Positions 34,264 through 44,289 of a DNA stretch of 64,000 bases are shown one piece after another. The position numbers and the translations under genes are program-made. The DNA is taken from positions 2,474 to 66,473 of the forward strand of contig QHPU01000057.1 in NCBI GenBank assembly GCA_003219175.1, read 5' to 3'. Source of the stretch: Verrucomicrobiota bacterium (GTDB taxonomy: Bacteria > Verrucomicrobiota > Verrucomicrobiia > Chthoniobacterales > UBA10450). Each line of letters begins with the position of its first letter. Positions within the stretch are counted from its first letter, which is position 1. The notes under the pieces are model-generated. The model had not been told where the DNA came from. It was given only the letters and a program-made list of their open reading frames with translations, and searched no databases.

Positions 34264-36690
34264 TCAACTCTTCGCTAACGGGACGTAGTTTGGGTAGCGG
34301 TCGCGCAGTTGTTTGGCGACGCCGTCGGCCGCTTCGGTTTTGCCGGCGCGGCGGTAGGCGTCGGCCGCTTTATCGAGCGCACGCGGAGTGATGGCAGGAT
34401 CGTCATAGAGTAAAGCTACGCCAGCATAAGCTTTGCCTGCCTCTTCAAACCGTTGACGCTCGAATTGAACATCGCCCTCGAGCAGACGCGCTTCTGCGTT
34501 GACCTTGCCCTCTGGTTGCAAAGTCATGATCTCGGCTGCGATTTTCTCGGCATCATCCGGTTTGTGCGCGGCAATTTTCGTGGCACCAAGTGCAAGTAGC
34601 GCTTTCGCTTTCCCGGCTGCGTCGCCGGAACTTTGCAGATAACGTGAATAAGCGTTTTCCGCCTGATCGTAATGCTTCAGCTTTCCGGAAACGTCGCCGA
34701 GATAAAACCAGAAATCGGGCTTAACGCCCGACAGATTTTCCACGCGTGAAAGAACACCGAGATATTTTTCGGCGAGCGGGTAATTCTTGTCGTTGTAATA
34801 TTCGATCCCGATCCATTCCAATACTTCGGCCGGAATGCTGGCGTTACTGCTAGCAGCGAGAAACGCATCAACCTCGCTGGTGGTCGCCTTGCGGTCGTGC
34901 TGATAGTAACGACTGAGGATGATCCGAAGCGTTGCAGGCGTGTAATATTGTTCCCGATTTAATCGGCGCGAAGTATCGAGAAAAGTAACAGCCCGTTTGT
35001 AATCTTTGCCGTCGAATGCGGCTTTCCCAATGTAGTAATTCGCCTGAGCCACTGCGCTACTCTTCGGATATTCCTTGAGCAGTTGCTGAAAGGTTTGTGC
35101 CATTTCCGGCTCGCGATTTTGCTCACCCAACAGCAGCGCCTTTTGCTGAATCGCGGCCTCGCGTTCCTTTGCCTTTGCATAATTCGCGATGAGAAAGCTT
35201 AGATCGCCGATGGCCGCTTCGGCATTATTACTCTGCTGATACGCCAGCGCGCGTTGCGTCAACGCGATCGGTGTCTGTGGATCATCCGGAAATGTCTTGA
35301 TGAAATAGCTGAATGCATCGATCGCACGTGCGGGATCTTTCGTTTGCACCGCGCACCAGCCCAGCTTATAAGCCGCCTCCGCCCGCAATTTCGGGCTTAG
35401 TTGCGAGGCACGAAGTTCCTCGTAAAACGGCCCTGCCTCCGCGAACTTCTGTTGTTTGTAGAGTGCTTCCGCTTTTAACAACTTGGCCTGGTCTGCTCGT
35501 TCGCTCGTTGGATTGGTCTTCAAAAATTCGTCGACCTCGGCAATGACGGCATTCGGATCCGAATTGTAGATATTGATCAAGCGCTGGTAACGCGCGTCCT
35601 TCGCTTCTTCGCGGTTGGGGAATTTTTCGATGATCTCGCGATAAGCGGCTTCCGCTTCCTGAATATGGCCCAGCTGTCGTTGCGCGTTGGCGACCAGAAG
35701 CATGGCCTCCGGTTTCGCTTCGTCTGGTAATTGCTCGGCCGACTTTTTGTAATCGCTAACTACCTGGGCAAACTGACCGGTCTGGTATTCAAGCCGGAGA
35801 AGGCCGGATTGCGCAATACCCTTCCACTTCCCGGAATCAGCCCGTCCCTTTTGCAGAAGCGCACGCGCTTTCTCTGCCATGGAGCGGTCAATTTTCGCGC
35901 GATCGGCGATCGCAAGATCGAGCGCGATCAATCCCGCGCGGACGGCGGCTTCCGTTCTTGTCGTCGGTTTTTCGGCCTCGGTCGAGAGTGCTTCATATTG
36001 TTTGAGAGCCTCAGCACGGCTGCCGCGCGCCAACAACATCGTACCGGCGGTTGCGCGCGCGTCTTCGCGATACTGGCTCTTCGCTTCCGCCACTTCCAGA
36101 TAAAGCATGAGCGCGTCATCCGCTCGCTTGGTGTTTTCGAGGCAACGGGCCTCGAAATATTTCGCCGAGAGTGCAACCGAGGCGTCTTTCGACTTTGCCG
36201 CGGCTTTGTGGAAAAGAGGTTGCGCAGCGTTGAAATCCTTCTGCGAAAAGGCAAGGACCGCGAGTGCATACGCTGCCGGCCCCGCAAATTCGCTGTCCCC
36301 AAAATCTTCCAGCACTTTCTGGAAGTTCGTCCGGGCGGAACCGTTCTTACCAAGCTGGCGATAGCTTTCGCCTAACCCGAAATACGCATTGCCGCGTCCC
36401 GGAGCATCGGGATAATCACTCAAATATTTCTCGTACTCAGGGATAGCCAGGTCGTACATCTTTCGGCTGAACAGGGCGTTGGCATACTCAAGCTGGCGCG
36501 TGTCACTCGGTTGCTCCGGAATTGATGGGCGTTCCTCCAGCGCCGGCGTTCCCTCGTCAACCGGTAGCGCCCGCGGAACCGGCGGTTCATTCAACGGCAG
36601 AGCGCGACGAACCTGCTGCGCCGATACGACGCCATTCCCACCGAGGAGCGCGGCTACAATGAGACCGGCACTGCGCCGGGATAGCTTCAT
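34264..36690 (-). CDS. secreted multi-TPR protein (808 aa)
   Basis: Signal peptide MKLSRRSAGLIVAALLGGNGVVSAQQ, then TPR-like A/Y/L repeats throughout. Its ATG overlaps the exbD TGA (ATGA). Confidence 0.75.
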   Translation of the reverse strand: MKLSRRSAGLIVAALLGGNGVVSAQQVRRALPLNEPPVPRALPVDEGTPALEERPSIPEQPSDTRQLEYANALFSRKMYDLAIPEYEKYLSDYPDAPGRGNAYFGLGESYRQLGKNGSARTNFQKVLEDFGDSEFAGPAAYALAVLAFSQKDFNAAQPLFHKAAAKSKDASVALSAKYFEARCLENTKRADDALMLYLEVAEAKSQYREDARATAGTMLLARGSRAEALKQYEALSTEAEKPTTRTEAAVRAGLIALDLAIADRAKIDRSMAEKARALLQKGRADSGKWKGIAQSGLLRLEYQTGQFAQVVSDYKKSAEQLPDEAKPEAMLLVANAQRQLGHIQEAEAAYREIIEKFPNREEAKDARYQRLINIYNSDPNAVIAEVDEFLKTNPTSERADQAKLLKAEALYKQQKFAEAGPFYEELRASQLSPKLRAEAAYKLGWCAVQTKDPARAIDAFSYFIKTFPDDPQTPIALTQRALAYQQSNNAEAAIGDLSFLIANYAKAKEREAAIQQKALLLGEQNREPEMAQTFQQLLKEYPKSSAVAQANYYIGKAAFDGKDYKRAVTFLDTSRRLNREQYYTPATLRIILSRYYQHDRKATTSEVDAFLAASSNASIPAEVLEWIGIEYYNDKNYPLAEKYLGVLSRVENLSGVKPDFWFYLGDVSGKLKHYDQAENAYSRYLQSSGDAAGKAKALLALGATKIAAHKPDDAEKIAAEIMTLQPEGKVNAEARLLEGDVQFERQRFEEAGKAYAGVALLYDDPAITPRALDKAADAYRRAGKTEAADGVAKQLRDRYPNYVPLAKS

Positions 36691-37094
36691 TTTGCGGTCG
36701 CGAAGGCGACGTTGGTAATTCCAGACTCGCTGCAAATATTCAAAATGTTAACGACGTTTTTGTAGGCCCCGCTCTCATCACCGCGAATCACTACTGCCTG
36801 CTCTGGATATAATTTCACCAGGTCTTGCAATAGCTTGCCCAACTCCGACCCCGACATGGTTCGGCGATTCACAATCACGCTCCCATCCGTCTTCACATTC
36901 ACCACCACATCGCCTGGCGGCGCCATTTTCTCCTTCGCCGCGGACGCTTTTGGGACTTTGACATCGAGCTCGTTTTCGTTGCGCGCAGCGCTCCACGTCA
37001 GCAAAAAGAAAATCAACAACAGCATTAACACGTCGACCAGCGGCGCCAGCTGAATTCCCGGATGCTGCAACGCCGTGCGAGTGCGGAAGTTCAT
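36687..37094 (-). CDS. exbD: biopolymer transport protein ExbD/TolR
   Basis: GIQLAPLVDVLMLLLIFFLLT, then a periplasmic domain (VVVNVKTDGSVIVN). Confidence 0.85.
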   Translation of the reverse strand: MNFRTRTALQHPGIQLAPLVDVLMLLLIFFLLTWSAARNENELDVKVPKASAAKEKMAPPGDVVVNVKTDGSVIVNRRTMSGSELGKLLQDLVKLYPEQAVVIRGDESGAYKNVVNILNICSESGITNVAFATAK

Positions 37095-37109
37095 GGCAAT
37101 CCTGCGAAA

Positions 37110-37880
37110 TTAGAATTCCGATTCGAGGAGGGCGGGTGTGCGTTCGGTGCGCCGGCCGAACTGCAGTGAGAGAAGCGCGAGAATGTGCGTAACAGCCGAT
37201 TCCAATTCCGAAATCAATCGCTGCGAGCGTCCGCGGAAGAAGGCATAAAAGATCATCGCCGGGATACCGATGGCCAGCCCGGCAGCGGTATTGAAAAGCG
37301 CTTCACTGATACCGTGAGAAAGCTGCATATAACGCTGACTTCCCAGGTCGGAACCTAAGGCTCCAAACGAGCGAATAATACCGATTACGGTTCCAAGCAG
37401 ACCCAACAGCGGCGCAATCATACCGATATCGGCGAGGTAGGTGACACGATTATTCAAATTAGTAGCGACCCGGGTCCCCTCGGTCTGGGCAATTTCACGG
37501 ATTTGCTCGAAGTCGGCGCTCGGATTCTTGGTCGTGAAATCGAGAATTTGCTGCACGACCCGCGCAATGGCTTCGCCGTGGCGATTCGACACCGCGAGAA
37601 GGCCGAGATAGTCGCGTTTTCGCAGCAGCGCATCAGCCGTCGCCATGAATCCGCGCGAGACAACAGCACCACGCCGAATGCTCAGAAAATAAACGATGAC
37701 GAGCATGACTGAAATAATCGACAGCACCAGAAGCACGGCCATGACTGGCCCGGCCTGGAACATCGCGTGCAACATCGTAGTTGTCGTGCGCGGCAGTTCG
37801 GGGGTCACGGGTGCCGGAGTTTGCGCTAGAAGTGACAAGGCGCTGGCCGGCGCTAGAAACAGCCACAAGAATTTTTTCAT
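37110..37880 (-). CDS. exbB: MotA/TolQ/ExbB proton-channel protein
   Basis: GMIAPLLGLLGTVIGIIRSF and EALFNTAAGLAIGIPAMIFY. There is an N-terminal signal-like segment; start taken at MKKFLWLF. Confidence 0.85.
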   Translation of the reverse strand: MKKFLWLFLAPASALSLLAQTPAPVTPELPRTTTTMLHAMFQAGPVMAVLLVLSIISVMLVIVYFLSIRRGAVVSRGFMATADALLRKRDYLGLLAVSNRHGEAIARVVQQILDFTTKNPSADFEQIREIAQTEGTRVATNLNNRVTYLADIGMIAPLLGLLGTVIGIIRSFGALGSDLGSQRYMQLSHGISEALFNTAAGLAIGIPAMIFYAFFRGRSQRLISELESAVTHILALLSLQFGRRTERTPALLESEF

Positions 37881-37929
37881 GCCCAGGCAGTCGCTACGAT
37901 AAACGACGGACGTTTCGGCGCAACCAGAG

Positions 37930-39900
37930 TCAGTCAAATCGGCGTATCCGGAGGAGGTGGGCCGGCCGGGTAAAGGGATCGAGCTCGACGTAATTGCGCC
38001 GCCCATACCAGGTATAACGGGAATCATCCAGCAAATCGTGCACTTCGTAGGGCTGGCCTTCGTTGTAGCCGAACAGCTCGATCGGCAGATCGATCATGGA
38101 ATACTGGCGGCGATATGGATCAAGGTTTACCACCACAAAAATGATGTTGTCGCCTGACGGCGTCGTTTTGCCGTAAAACAGAATCGCGCCATTGTCCGCA
38201 TTGTAGAAGCGCAGGTTGTCATAAAACTGCAGGGCGCGATTTTCGCGGCGGATCCTGTTCAGACGCGCGACAAAGTCCTTGATGTTCCCAGGGGCGTCCC
38301 AGTCGCGTTCCTTAAACTGATACTTCTCCGAATCGAGATATTCTTCGCGACCGGGCAAGCCGGCGTTTTCGCAGAGCTCAAATCCGCTGTAAATCCCGTA
38401 AAGGCTCGAGAGCGTTGCCGCCAGCACGACGCGAATCATGAAAGCCGGACGCCCGCCGTTTTGTAAAATCGGGGGCAAAATATCAGGCGTGTTCGGCCAC
38501 AGGTTCCCACGAAAATACTCGCGCATTTCGGTCTGCGTCAGCTCAGTGAAGTACTCGATCAGTTCGTGCTTGTAGTGGCGCCAGGTGAAATAGGTATAAC
38601 TCTGGTTAAAGCCGGCCTTAGCCAGCGCCTTCATCATCTTGGGGCGGGTAAACGCTTCGGATAAAAAGATCGTGTCGGGAAATTCATCCCGCACCCCGGA
38701 AATCAAATATTCCCAGAAGGGCATTGGTTTAGTATGTGGATTATCGACACGAAAAATTCGAACACCGAGCTCGACCCAGAACAAAATGATGCTCTTCATT
38801 TCTGCCCAGAGCTCGAGCCAATTGGCGCAGCGGAAGTTCAGCGGATAAATGTCTTCGTATTTTTTGGGCGGATTTTCGGCAAATTTAATCGTGCCGTCCG
38901 GTCGTTCATAAAACCATTCCGGATGTTCGGCCACGTAGGGATGATCGGGCGAACAGTTGATCGCGAAATCGAGGGCAATTTCCAGTCCCAGTTTACGCGT
39001 TTCCTCTTCCAGCCAGGTAAAATCCTCCAGTGCGCCCAGAGCGGGATCGATGTCCTTGTGCCCTCCGCCATTGGGACAACCGAGATGCCGGTTACCAATC
39101 GCATACGGCACTCCCGGATCATCCGGCCCAGAGTTGACCGAATTGTTTCGTCCTTTGCGATTGGTGGTGCCGATTGGATGGATCGGTGGAAAATAAATGA
39201 CATTGAATCCCATGGCTTTGGCATCTTCGATCCGGGGCAGGCAATCGCGCAGCTTGGAGCCGCGATCGCCCTTCCCTTCGGCCGAGCGGGGAAAGAATTC
39301 GTACCACGCTGCGGTTCGCGCGCGCAGCCGATCAACCACCACGTGCGGTGGAGGAGCCCATTGCGTCGCGCCGGCGCGATCGGGATAAGTCGCCATCAAA
39401 ACTTCAAGCTCGCCGGAATGAATCAATGTATCGACCTCGGCCGGCGCTTTTGTCCGCACCGCCTCCGCGATTTCGCAGAGCCGCTTTGCGTCGTGCGGAT
39501 CACGCGAACGTTCCGCCGCCTCTTCGATCAGCGCGGCGCCTTCCAGCGCTTCGCTTCGCAGGGGGAAAACGCCGGCTTTGAACTTGGTCGAAAATTCGTG
39601 TTGCCAGCTCGTGAACGCGTCAATCCAGGCTTCCACGGTGTACTCGTAGATGGCGTTTTCATAAAAGGTACACGCTCCACGCCAGCGATCGTTAACGATC
39701 AACTTCATCGGCGTCTCGTGCCAACGGGTTTCGCCCACCATTCGCCACTTCAACGCCGCCGCGACAACATCGTGGCCTTCCTTGAAAATATCAGCCTCGA
39801 CAATCAAATCTTCGCCGGTGACGCGTTTGACTGGGTAGCGCCCGCCGTCAATTAGCGGCTGCAAATTCTCAATGACCGCGCTCGGAAACGTCCGAAGCAT
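37930..39900 (-). CDS. glgE: alpha-1,4-glucan:maltose-1-phosphate maltosyltransferase
   Basis: N-terminal IENLQPLIDGGRYPVKRVTGEDLIVEADIFKEGHD (GlgE N-domain) and GH13 motifs FNVIYFPPIHPIG, GVRIFRVDNPHTKP and IFLSEAFT. Confidence 0.8.
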   Translation of the reverse strand: MLRTFPSAVIENLQPLIDGGRYPVKRVTGEDLIVEADIFKEGHDVVAAALKWRMVGETRWHETPMKLIVNDRWRGACTFYENAIYEYTVEAWIDAFTSWQHEFSTKFKAGVFPLRSEALEGAALIEEAAERSRDPHDAKRLCEIAEAVRTKAPAEVDTLIHSGELEVLMATYPDRAGATQWAPPPHVVVDRLRARTAAWYEFFPRSAEGKGDRGSKLRDCLPRIEDAKAMGFNVIYFPPIHPIGTTNRKGRNNSVNSGPDDPGVPYAIGNRHLGCPNGGGHKDIDPALGALEDFTWLEEETRKLGLEIALDFAINCSPDHPYVAEHPEWFYERPDGTIKFAENPPKKYEDIYPLNFRCANWLELWAEMKSIILFWVELGVRIFRVDNPHTKPMPFWEYLISGVRDEFPDTIFLSEAFTRPKMMKALAKAGFNQSYTYFTWRHYKHELIEYFTELTQTEMREYFRGNLWPNTPDILPPILQNGGRPAFMIRVVLAATLSSLYGIYSGFELCENAGLPGREEYLDSEKYQFKERDWDAPGNIKDFVARLNRIRRENRALQFYDNLRFYNADNGAILFYGKTTPSGDNIIFVVVNLDPYRRQYSMIDLPIELFGYNEGQPYEVHDLLDDSRYTWYGRRNYVELDPFTRPAHLLRIRRFD

Positions 39901-39971
39901 AGTGGTTCCATCAAGCGAATTTGCGGGAAAGGCAAATCGTCTGAGTGTGCACGCCCGAACTAACAAGCTCC

Positions 39972-40079
39972 GTCATCCCGAGCGCAAGCGAGGGACCTCA
40001 CAAAGATCTAATGATCACGCGATAAAGTACGTGTGAACCGTAGCACCTAGGTGGGATCCTTCACTCCGTTCAGGATGAC
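39972..40079. mobile_element. 108-bp MITE-like element with imperfect ~30-bp terminal inverted repeats
   Basis: Left gtcatcccgagcgcaagcgagggacctcac, right gtgggatccttcactccgttcaggatgac. A solo related terminus is at 49889-49918. Confidence 0.6.
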
Positions 40080-40133
40080 AACGCGATGCGATCTCGGCGC
40101 ATCGTCGAACAAGTTGTTCCTACAGGTAAGGGT

Positions 40134-40769
40134 TCACGCGTCGAAATAAAACGCGCACTCGTAGAGACCGGAATTGCGGGTCTCCTGTCGTCGCACTCGC
40201 GTGCCAAGAACCTGCTCGAACATCTCCTGCTCGAAGCGCCCGATAATTGGGTATTTGTCGAGAACATTCTGGAGCGGGGTGTGGCACTCTAGAATCTGCG
40301 GCCCGCCATCGTCAGTCACAAACTGCGACATATAACCTTCCAGATCGCGAACTTTCGCCAGTGATTTAGCTCGCTCGGCGACCGTCGCACCTTTGAGTTT
40401 TTCCTTCAGGATCGCCGTCTTCCTTTCAAACAAATTGTAAAGCAGTTTTTCCGGCGCGTTGGTCCCGTAGATCTGTTGCACGGATTCGAGCACATCGAGA
40501 GTAAACCGATTGCTGTCAGCCTGAAAAAGATCGTGCGCCCGGCGGGTTAGACGATAAACCATTTCCGGACGCCCCATTTTTTGCGGACGCCGCCAGGTAT
40601 CGAGATAACCGTCGCGCTGGAGAGTTAGGCAATGCTGCTTGATCCCCATGTAGCTCATCCGCATCCGATCGACTAATTCGTTGACCGATAATCCGCGGCT
40701 GCGTTTGAGCGCGTTGACAATTTCGAGCCGCTGCGTGCGGCCGATTTCTGCCAGTAGTCGTTGATTCAT
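40134..40769 (-). CDS. winged-helix (ArsR-like) transcriptional regulator with C-terminal domain
   Basis: RLEIVNALKRSRGLSVNELVDRMRMSYMGIKQHCLTLQRDGYL. Confidence 0.6.
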   Translation of the reverse strand: MNQRLLAEIGRTQRLEIVNALKRSRGLSVNELVDRMRMSYMGIKQHCLTLQRDGYLDTWRRPQKMGRPEMVYRLTRRAHDLFQADSNRFTLDVLESVQQIYGTNAPEKLLYNLFERKTAILKEKLKGATVAERAKSLAKVRDLEGYMSQFVTDDGGPQILECHTPLQNVLDKYPIIGRFEQEMFEQVLGTRVRRQETRNSGLYECAFYFDA

Positions 40770-40854
40770 GACCTCAGAGGTAAGCGACTAGTTTAAGAGC
40801 AAAAAGTCAAGCGATGCAATCAAAATCGCGTAAAAAAGCCGTTCCGTAAAGGCC

Positions 40855-41976
40855 TTAAATGACACGACTTGTGGTCATCGGATCAAACAGATGTGCCTTG
40901 CTCGCGTTCAGGTCGAATTGCAGGCGATGGCCTGTCTCGCGGTGATCGAGAGCGCGCTGGCTTCGACACACGACGGTATGCGCGCCCGTCTGCAGGTACA
41001 AATTTGTCTCTGCTCCCATTGGTTCCACGATATCCACAATTGCCGGAAACCTCGCGGCCGCCTTGCCGGTATTGGAAAACTCCGCCAGCTCAATGTCTTC
41101 CGGTCGGATCCCCAGTAGCATCGGTCTGCCAAAAAACTCGCGCGCCCGCGGTCGATCTTTGAATCGCACCTCGATTGTTCCGCCCTGCATTTCCTTGAAG
41201 ACGACGGCGTCACGTTCCTGTTTCAGTTCCCCATTGATGAAATTCATCGGCGGGCTCCCGAGAAATCCCGCGACGAAAAGATTATCCGGCTCGTTGTAAA
41301 GTTTCAGTGGCGTATCGGTTTGTTGCACTTTGCCATTGTTCATGACGACGATCCGATCGCCCATCGTCATCGCTTCAATCTGATCGTGCGTGACATAAAT
41401 TATCGTCGCCTGCAAACGCTGATGCAGCTTTGTAATTTCCGTGCGCATCTGCACTCGCATTTTTGCATCGAGATTTGAAAGCGGCTCATCAAATAAAAAA
41501 ACTTTCGGCTGGCGCACGATGGCGCGGCCAACGGCGACGCGCTGGCGCTGCCCACCGGAAAGCGCCTTGGGTTTGCGATCAAGCAAGCCTTCGATCCCAA
41601 GAATACTGGCGGCGTCGTTCACCCGCTTCTTGATCTCGGTTTTAGCATACTTCCGCAACCGCAGACCAAAGGCCATGTTATCGAAGACGTTCATGTGTGG
41701 ATAAAGCGCGTAATTCTGGAATACCATCGCGATGTCGCGGTCTTTCGGTGCAACGTCATTAACCCGTCGATCGCCGATGTAGATATCACCGCGCGAGATT
41801 TCTTCGAGGCCCGCAATCATTCGCAAGGTGGTCGATTTGCCACAGCCAGATGGCCCCACCAGTACAACAAACTCGCGATCTGCGATTTCGAGGTTCACAT
41901 CCTCGACCGCAATCACATTCGTTCCCTTTTCGGCGGGATAGATCTTGTAGACGTGATTAACGGTGACTTTCGCCAT
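40855..41976 (-). CDS. sugar-type ABC transporter ATP-binding protein (MalK/UgpC/MsiK-like), orphan
   Basis: GPSGCGKST, LSGGQRQRVAVGRA, LFDEPLSNLD and VTHDQ, plus a C-terminal TOBE-like domain. No permease gene is adjacent. Confidence 0.85.
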   Translation of the reverse strand: MAKVTVNHVYKIYPAEKGTNVIAVEDVNLEIADREFVVLVGPSGCGKSTTLRMIAGLEEISRGDIYIGDRRVNDVAPKDRDIAMVFQNYALYPHMNVFDNMAFGLRLRKYAKTEIKKRVNDAASILGIEGLLDRKPKALSGGQRQRVAVGRAIVRQPKVFLFDEPLSNLDAKMRVQMRTEITKLHQRLQATIIYVTHDQIEAMTMGDRIVVMNNGKVQQTDTPLKLYNEPDNLFVAGFLGSPPMNFINGELKQERDAVVFKEMQGGTIEVRFKDRPRAREFFGRPMLLGIRPEDIELAEFSNTGKAAARFPAIVDIVEPMGAETNLYLQTGAHTVVCRSQRALDHRETGHRLQFDLNASKAHLFDPMTTSRVI

Positions 41977-42070
41977 TTGCTTTGCCCGGGACGTTGGCTG
42001 GCAAATTTAGAGGGCACGCCTTAAGATGGTCAAACCTTCTCAGCACGTCTGGTCCCAGCAGTTGGACCGT

Positions 42071-43006
42071 TTACGCAGGCAAGGCGACTTCGCTGCATCC
42101 TTCAGCATCGCCGGACGGAGCGGGCGATCTACCCTTCACCGGCAGTGCTACGACGCGAACGTTCGTTTGCGCCGTCTCGTTCGACGCGACCAACGATGTC
42201 CCGATATCGTTGTAGCCGCGCTTGATCATCGCCAAGCCAATGTTCGAGTTCGTTCGCGAGGAAAAAACAGCGCTCGTAACACGACCAACCACTTTTTCTT
42301 CCACCCGCAATTCCATGCCGGAGTACAGCCCGTTCTCCGAGACTAACCCGCATAATCGCTGTCGGACCTGCCCGCTCATTTTCATCCGTGAGATCACTTC
42401 CTGGCCGATATAGCAGCCTTTTTCGTAATCGATTGCGCGCTCTGCCAGGTTCGCTTCCGATGGAATAACATCGGCTGTTAACTCGCGGCCCCAGCGCGGG
42501 ATTCCATTCTCTATTCGTAATCGTTCCCATTCGTTTTCATCCGCTGGGTGATAAGTGGCGGCGAGTGCATTTGTCGCTTCCTTCGCCGCGACCGATTCGA
42601 CCCATAGGTCCCATCCGTCACGTCCCAGCCGGCGCGATCTCACGCAAAACTTGGCTTCCACTCCTTCCGGTTTCAATTCTGCCAGCACATGGAAAAACGC
42701 GAAGCCCTCGCTCGCATCTTCCACTAACACCTCATCCGCGATGATGTAACGTTCGAGTCGGCCCTGTAATTGCTCACGTAATTCTGCATCCGCATCAATC
42801 CAAATCTCGTTAGGTACGGCGAAAAGAAAAATATGGGCATGCAGACGCCCTTTGGAGTTGAGAACGCATGATTCCTGCGTGGCATCAGAACTGGCTTTCC
42901 GAACGTCGTTCGTGGTTTGCCCGTTCAGAAAACGAACCCGATCGGCGCCGGTCACGCGCAGCTTCGTCCGCGTGGAAAGATCGAAAAACCGCGAAGCCGC
43001 GTTCAA
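42071..43006 (-). CDS. ygfZ: folate-binding YgfZ / aminomethyltransferase-fold protein
   Basis: TKLRVTGADRVRFLNGQTTNDV and KGCYIGQEVISRMK. Confidence 0.75.
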   Translation of the reverse strand: MNAASRFFDLSTRTKLRVTGADRVRFLNGQTTNDVRKASSDATQESCVLNSKGRLHAHIFLFAVPNEIWIDADAELREQLQGRLERYIIADEVLVEDASEGFAFFHVLAELKPEGVEAKFCVRSRRLGRDGWDLWVESVAAKEATNALAATYHPADENEWERLRIENGIPRWGRELTADVIPSEANLAERAIDYEKGCYIGQEVISRMKMSGQVRQRLCGLVSENGLYSGMELRVEEKVVGRVTSAVFSSRTNSNIGLAMIKRGYNDIGTSLVASNETAQTNVRVVALPVKGRSPAPSGDAEGCSEVALPA

Positions 43007-44241
43007 TAGTCGGTGCGTCGCAGCAAGCGACTGAAAAATCCGGGCTTTTCCTGCTCCGGTTCGGAATCGCCGTTGGATTCCACGGCTGCCTTGACTGGCT
43101 TGGCTTCCTCCGGCGCCGGCTCGATTTGACGCGGGGTCTCCATCTCAACCGGCTTCTGCTCCAGCTCGGGGTTGACCTCCGCATCTGGCCGCGCAAGAGC
43201 CGTCTCGACAGGCTCAAGGTCAGAGGCACGTCCCTCCGGGATTTCCTCCTGCTCGAAAGTCGGGGCCGGTATCTGCGTCTTCTCCAATTCCGCCAGTTGT
43301 TGCTCAATAAACTCGGGATTCTCATGCGGCACAGCAACCGGTTTTGGCGAGAACAAATCCGGCTGCCGTTCCTCCAGATCAGGCGTCTTGACAAAGGGCA
43401 AAAATCGTCGCGCAATTGAGGAATAATCGTCGTCGCCGCGACCCTGGCGCGCTTCGTCGAGCAGCCGATCGCGGGTCGCGCCGGAAACCGTCAAATCAAG
43501 GTCGAAATGCCGGCCCATTCTATTCGCGATCTGCATATCCTTGAGCATGTGCTTGACCGAAAAATGCGGCTTGAAATCTGCCGCAATGATCTGCGGCACC
43601 TTCAGGTCGAGCGTGCCGGAGTTGCTGGCGTTTTGCTTGAGCGCTTCCACAAATTTCTCCAGCGGAATGCCTGAGTAATGAACGATCGCCATCGCCTCAG
43701 CCGCGCCTTGCACGCTCGCAGCCGTCACCATGTTGGTGGCAATTTTGACAATGCTGGCCTCGCCGATTGCGCCGATATTCACAATCGCCTTGCTGCTGGC
43801 CTGGAGTAACGGCCGTACTTCATTAATCGCGGCTTCATCACCGCTGACGTAATAGACTAGCTGCCCTTTTTCAGCACCCAGCTTGCTTCCGGTAAACGGT
43901 GCTTCCACCAAGCGGGCCCCGCGGCGTTCCACCAACCCCGCGGCCTCGCGCATGGTGTCGGGCGAAACCGTCGGATGCGCAATCACAATGTGACGCGGGG
44001 TGAGCGCCATCGAAATCGTCTGAATCATTCGCATCAGCGCATCATCATCGGAGACGAAGATCTGAAGGTAATTGCAGGTCTGCGCCAGCTCCGATGGGGA
44101 ACCGACAAAGTTAGGCACTGGTTTCGGAGTCCGGTTCCAAACAAAGACCGACAGTCCCTGGTGCCGCAAATGATCAGCAATGCGGCGGCCGATAATACCG
44201 AGGCCGATTATCCCAACAGACTTTCGGATGGTCCGTGTCAT
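43003..44241 (-). CDS. beta-hydroxyacid (HIBADH/6PGDH-NAD-binding) dehydrogenase with a ~130-aa acidic/Pro-rich C-terminal tail
   Basis: VGIIGLGIIGRRIA (Rossmann) and KIATNM. The tail is PDLEERQPDLFSPKP...EPAPEEAKPVKAAVESNGDSEPEQEKPGFFSRLL. Confidence 0.7.
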   Translation of the reverse strand: MTRTIRKSVGIIGLGIIGRRIADHLRHQGLSVFVWNRTPKPVPNFVGSPSELAQTCNYLQIFVSDDDALMRMIQTISMALTPRHIVIAHPTVSPDTMREAAGLVERRGARLVEAPFTGSKLGAEKGQLVYYVSGDEAAINEVRPLLQASSKAIVNIGAIGEASIVKIATNMVTAASVQGAAEAMAIVHYSGIPLEKFVEALKQNASNSGTLDLKVPQIIAADFKPHFSVKHMLKDMQIANRMGRHFDLDLTVSGATRDRLLDEARQGRGDDDYSSIARRFLPFVKTPDLEERQPDLFSPKPVAVPHENPEFIEQQLAELEKTQIPAPTFEQEEIPEGRASDLEPVETALARPDAEVNPELEQKPVEMETPRQIEPAPEEAKPVKAAVESNGDSEPEQEKPGFFSRLLRRTDY

Positions 44242-44289
44242 ATCCTTTCCATTTGGAAATTGCGATTAAACCCGCGAGCGCGCAATTCT

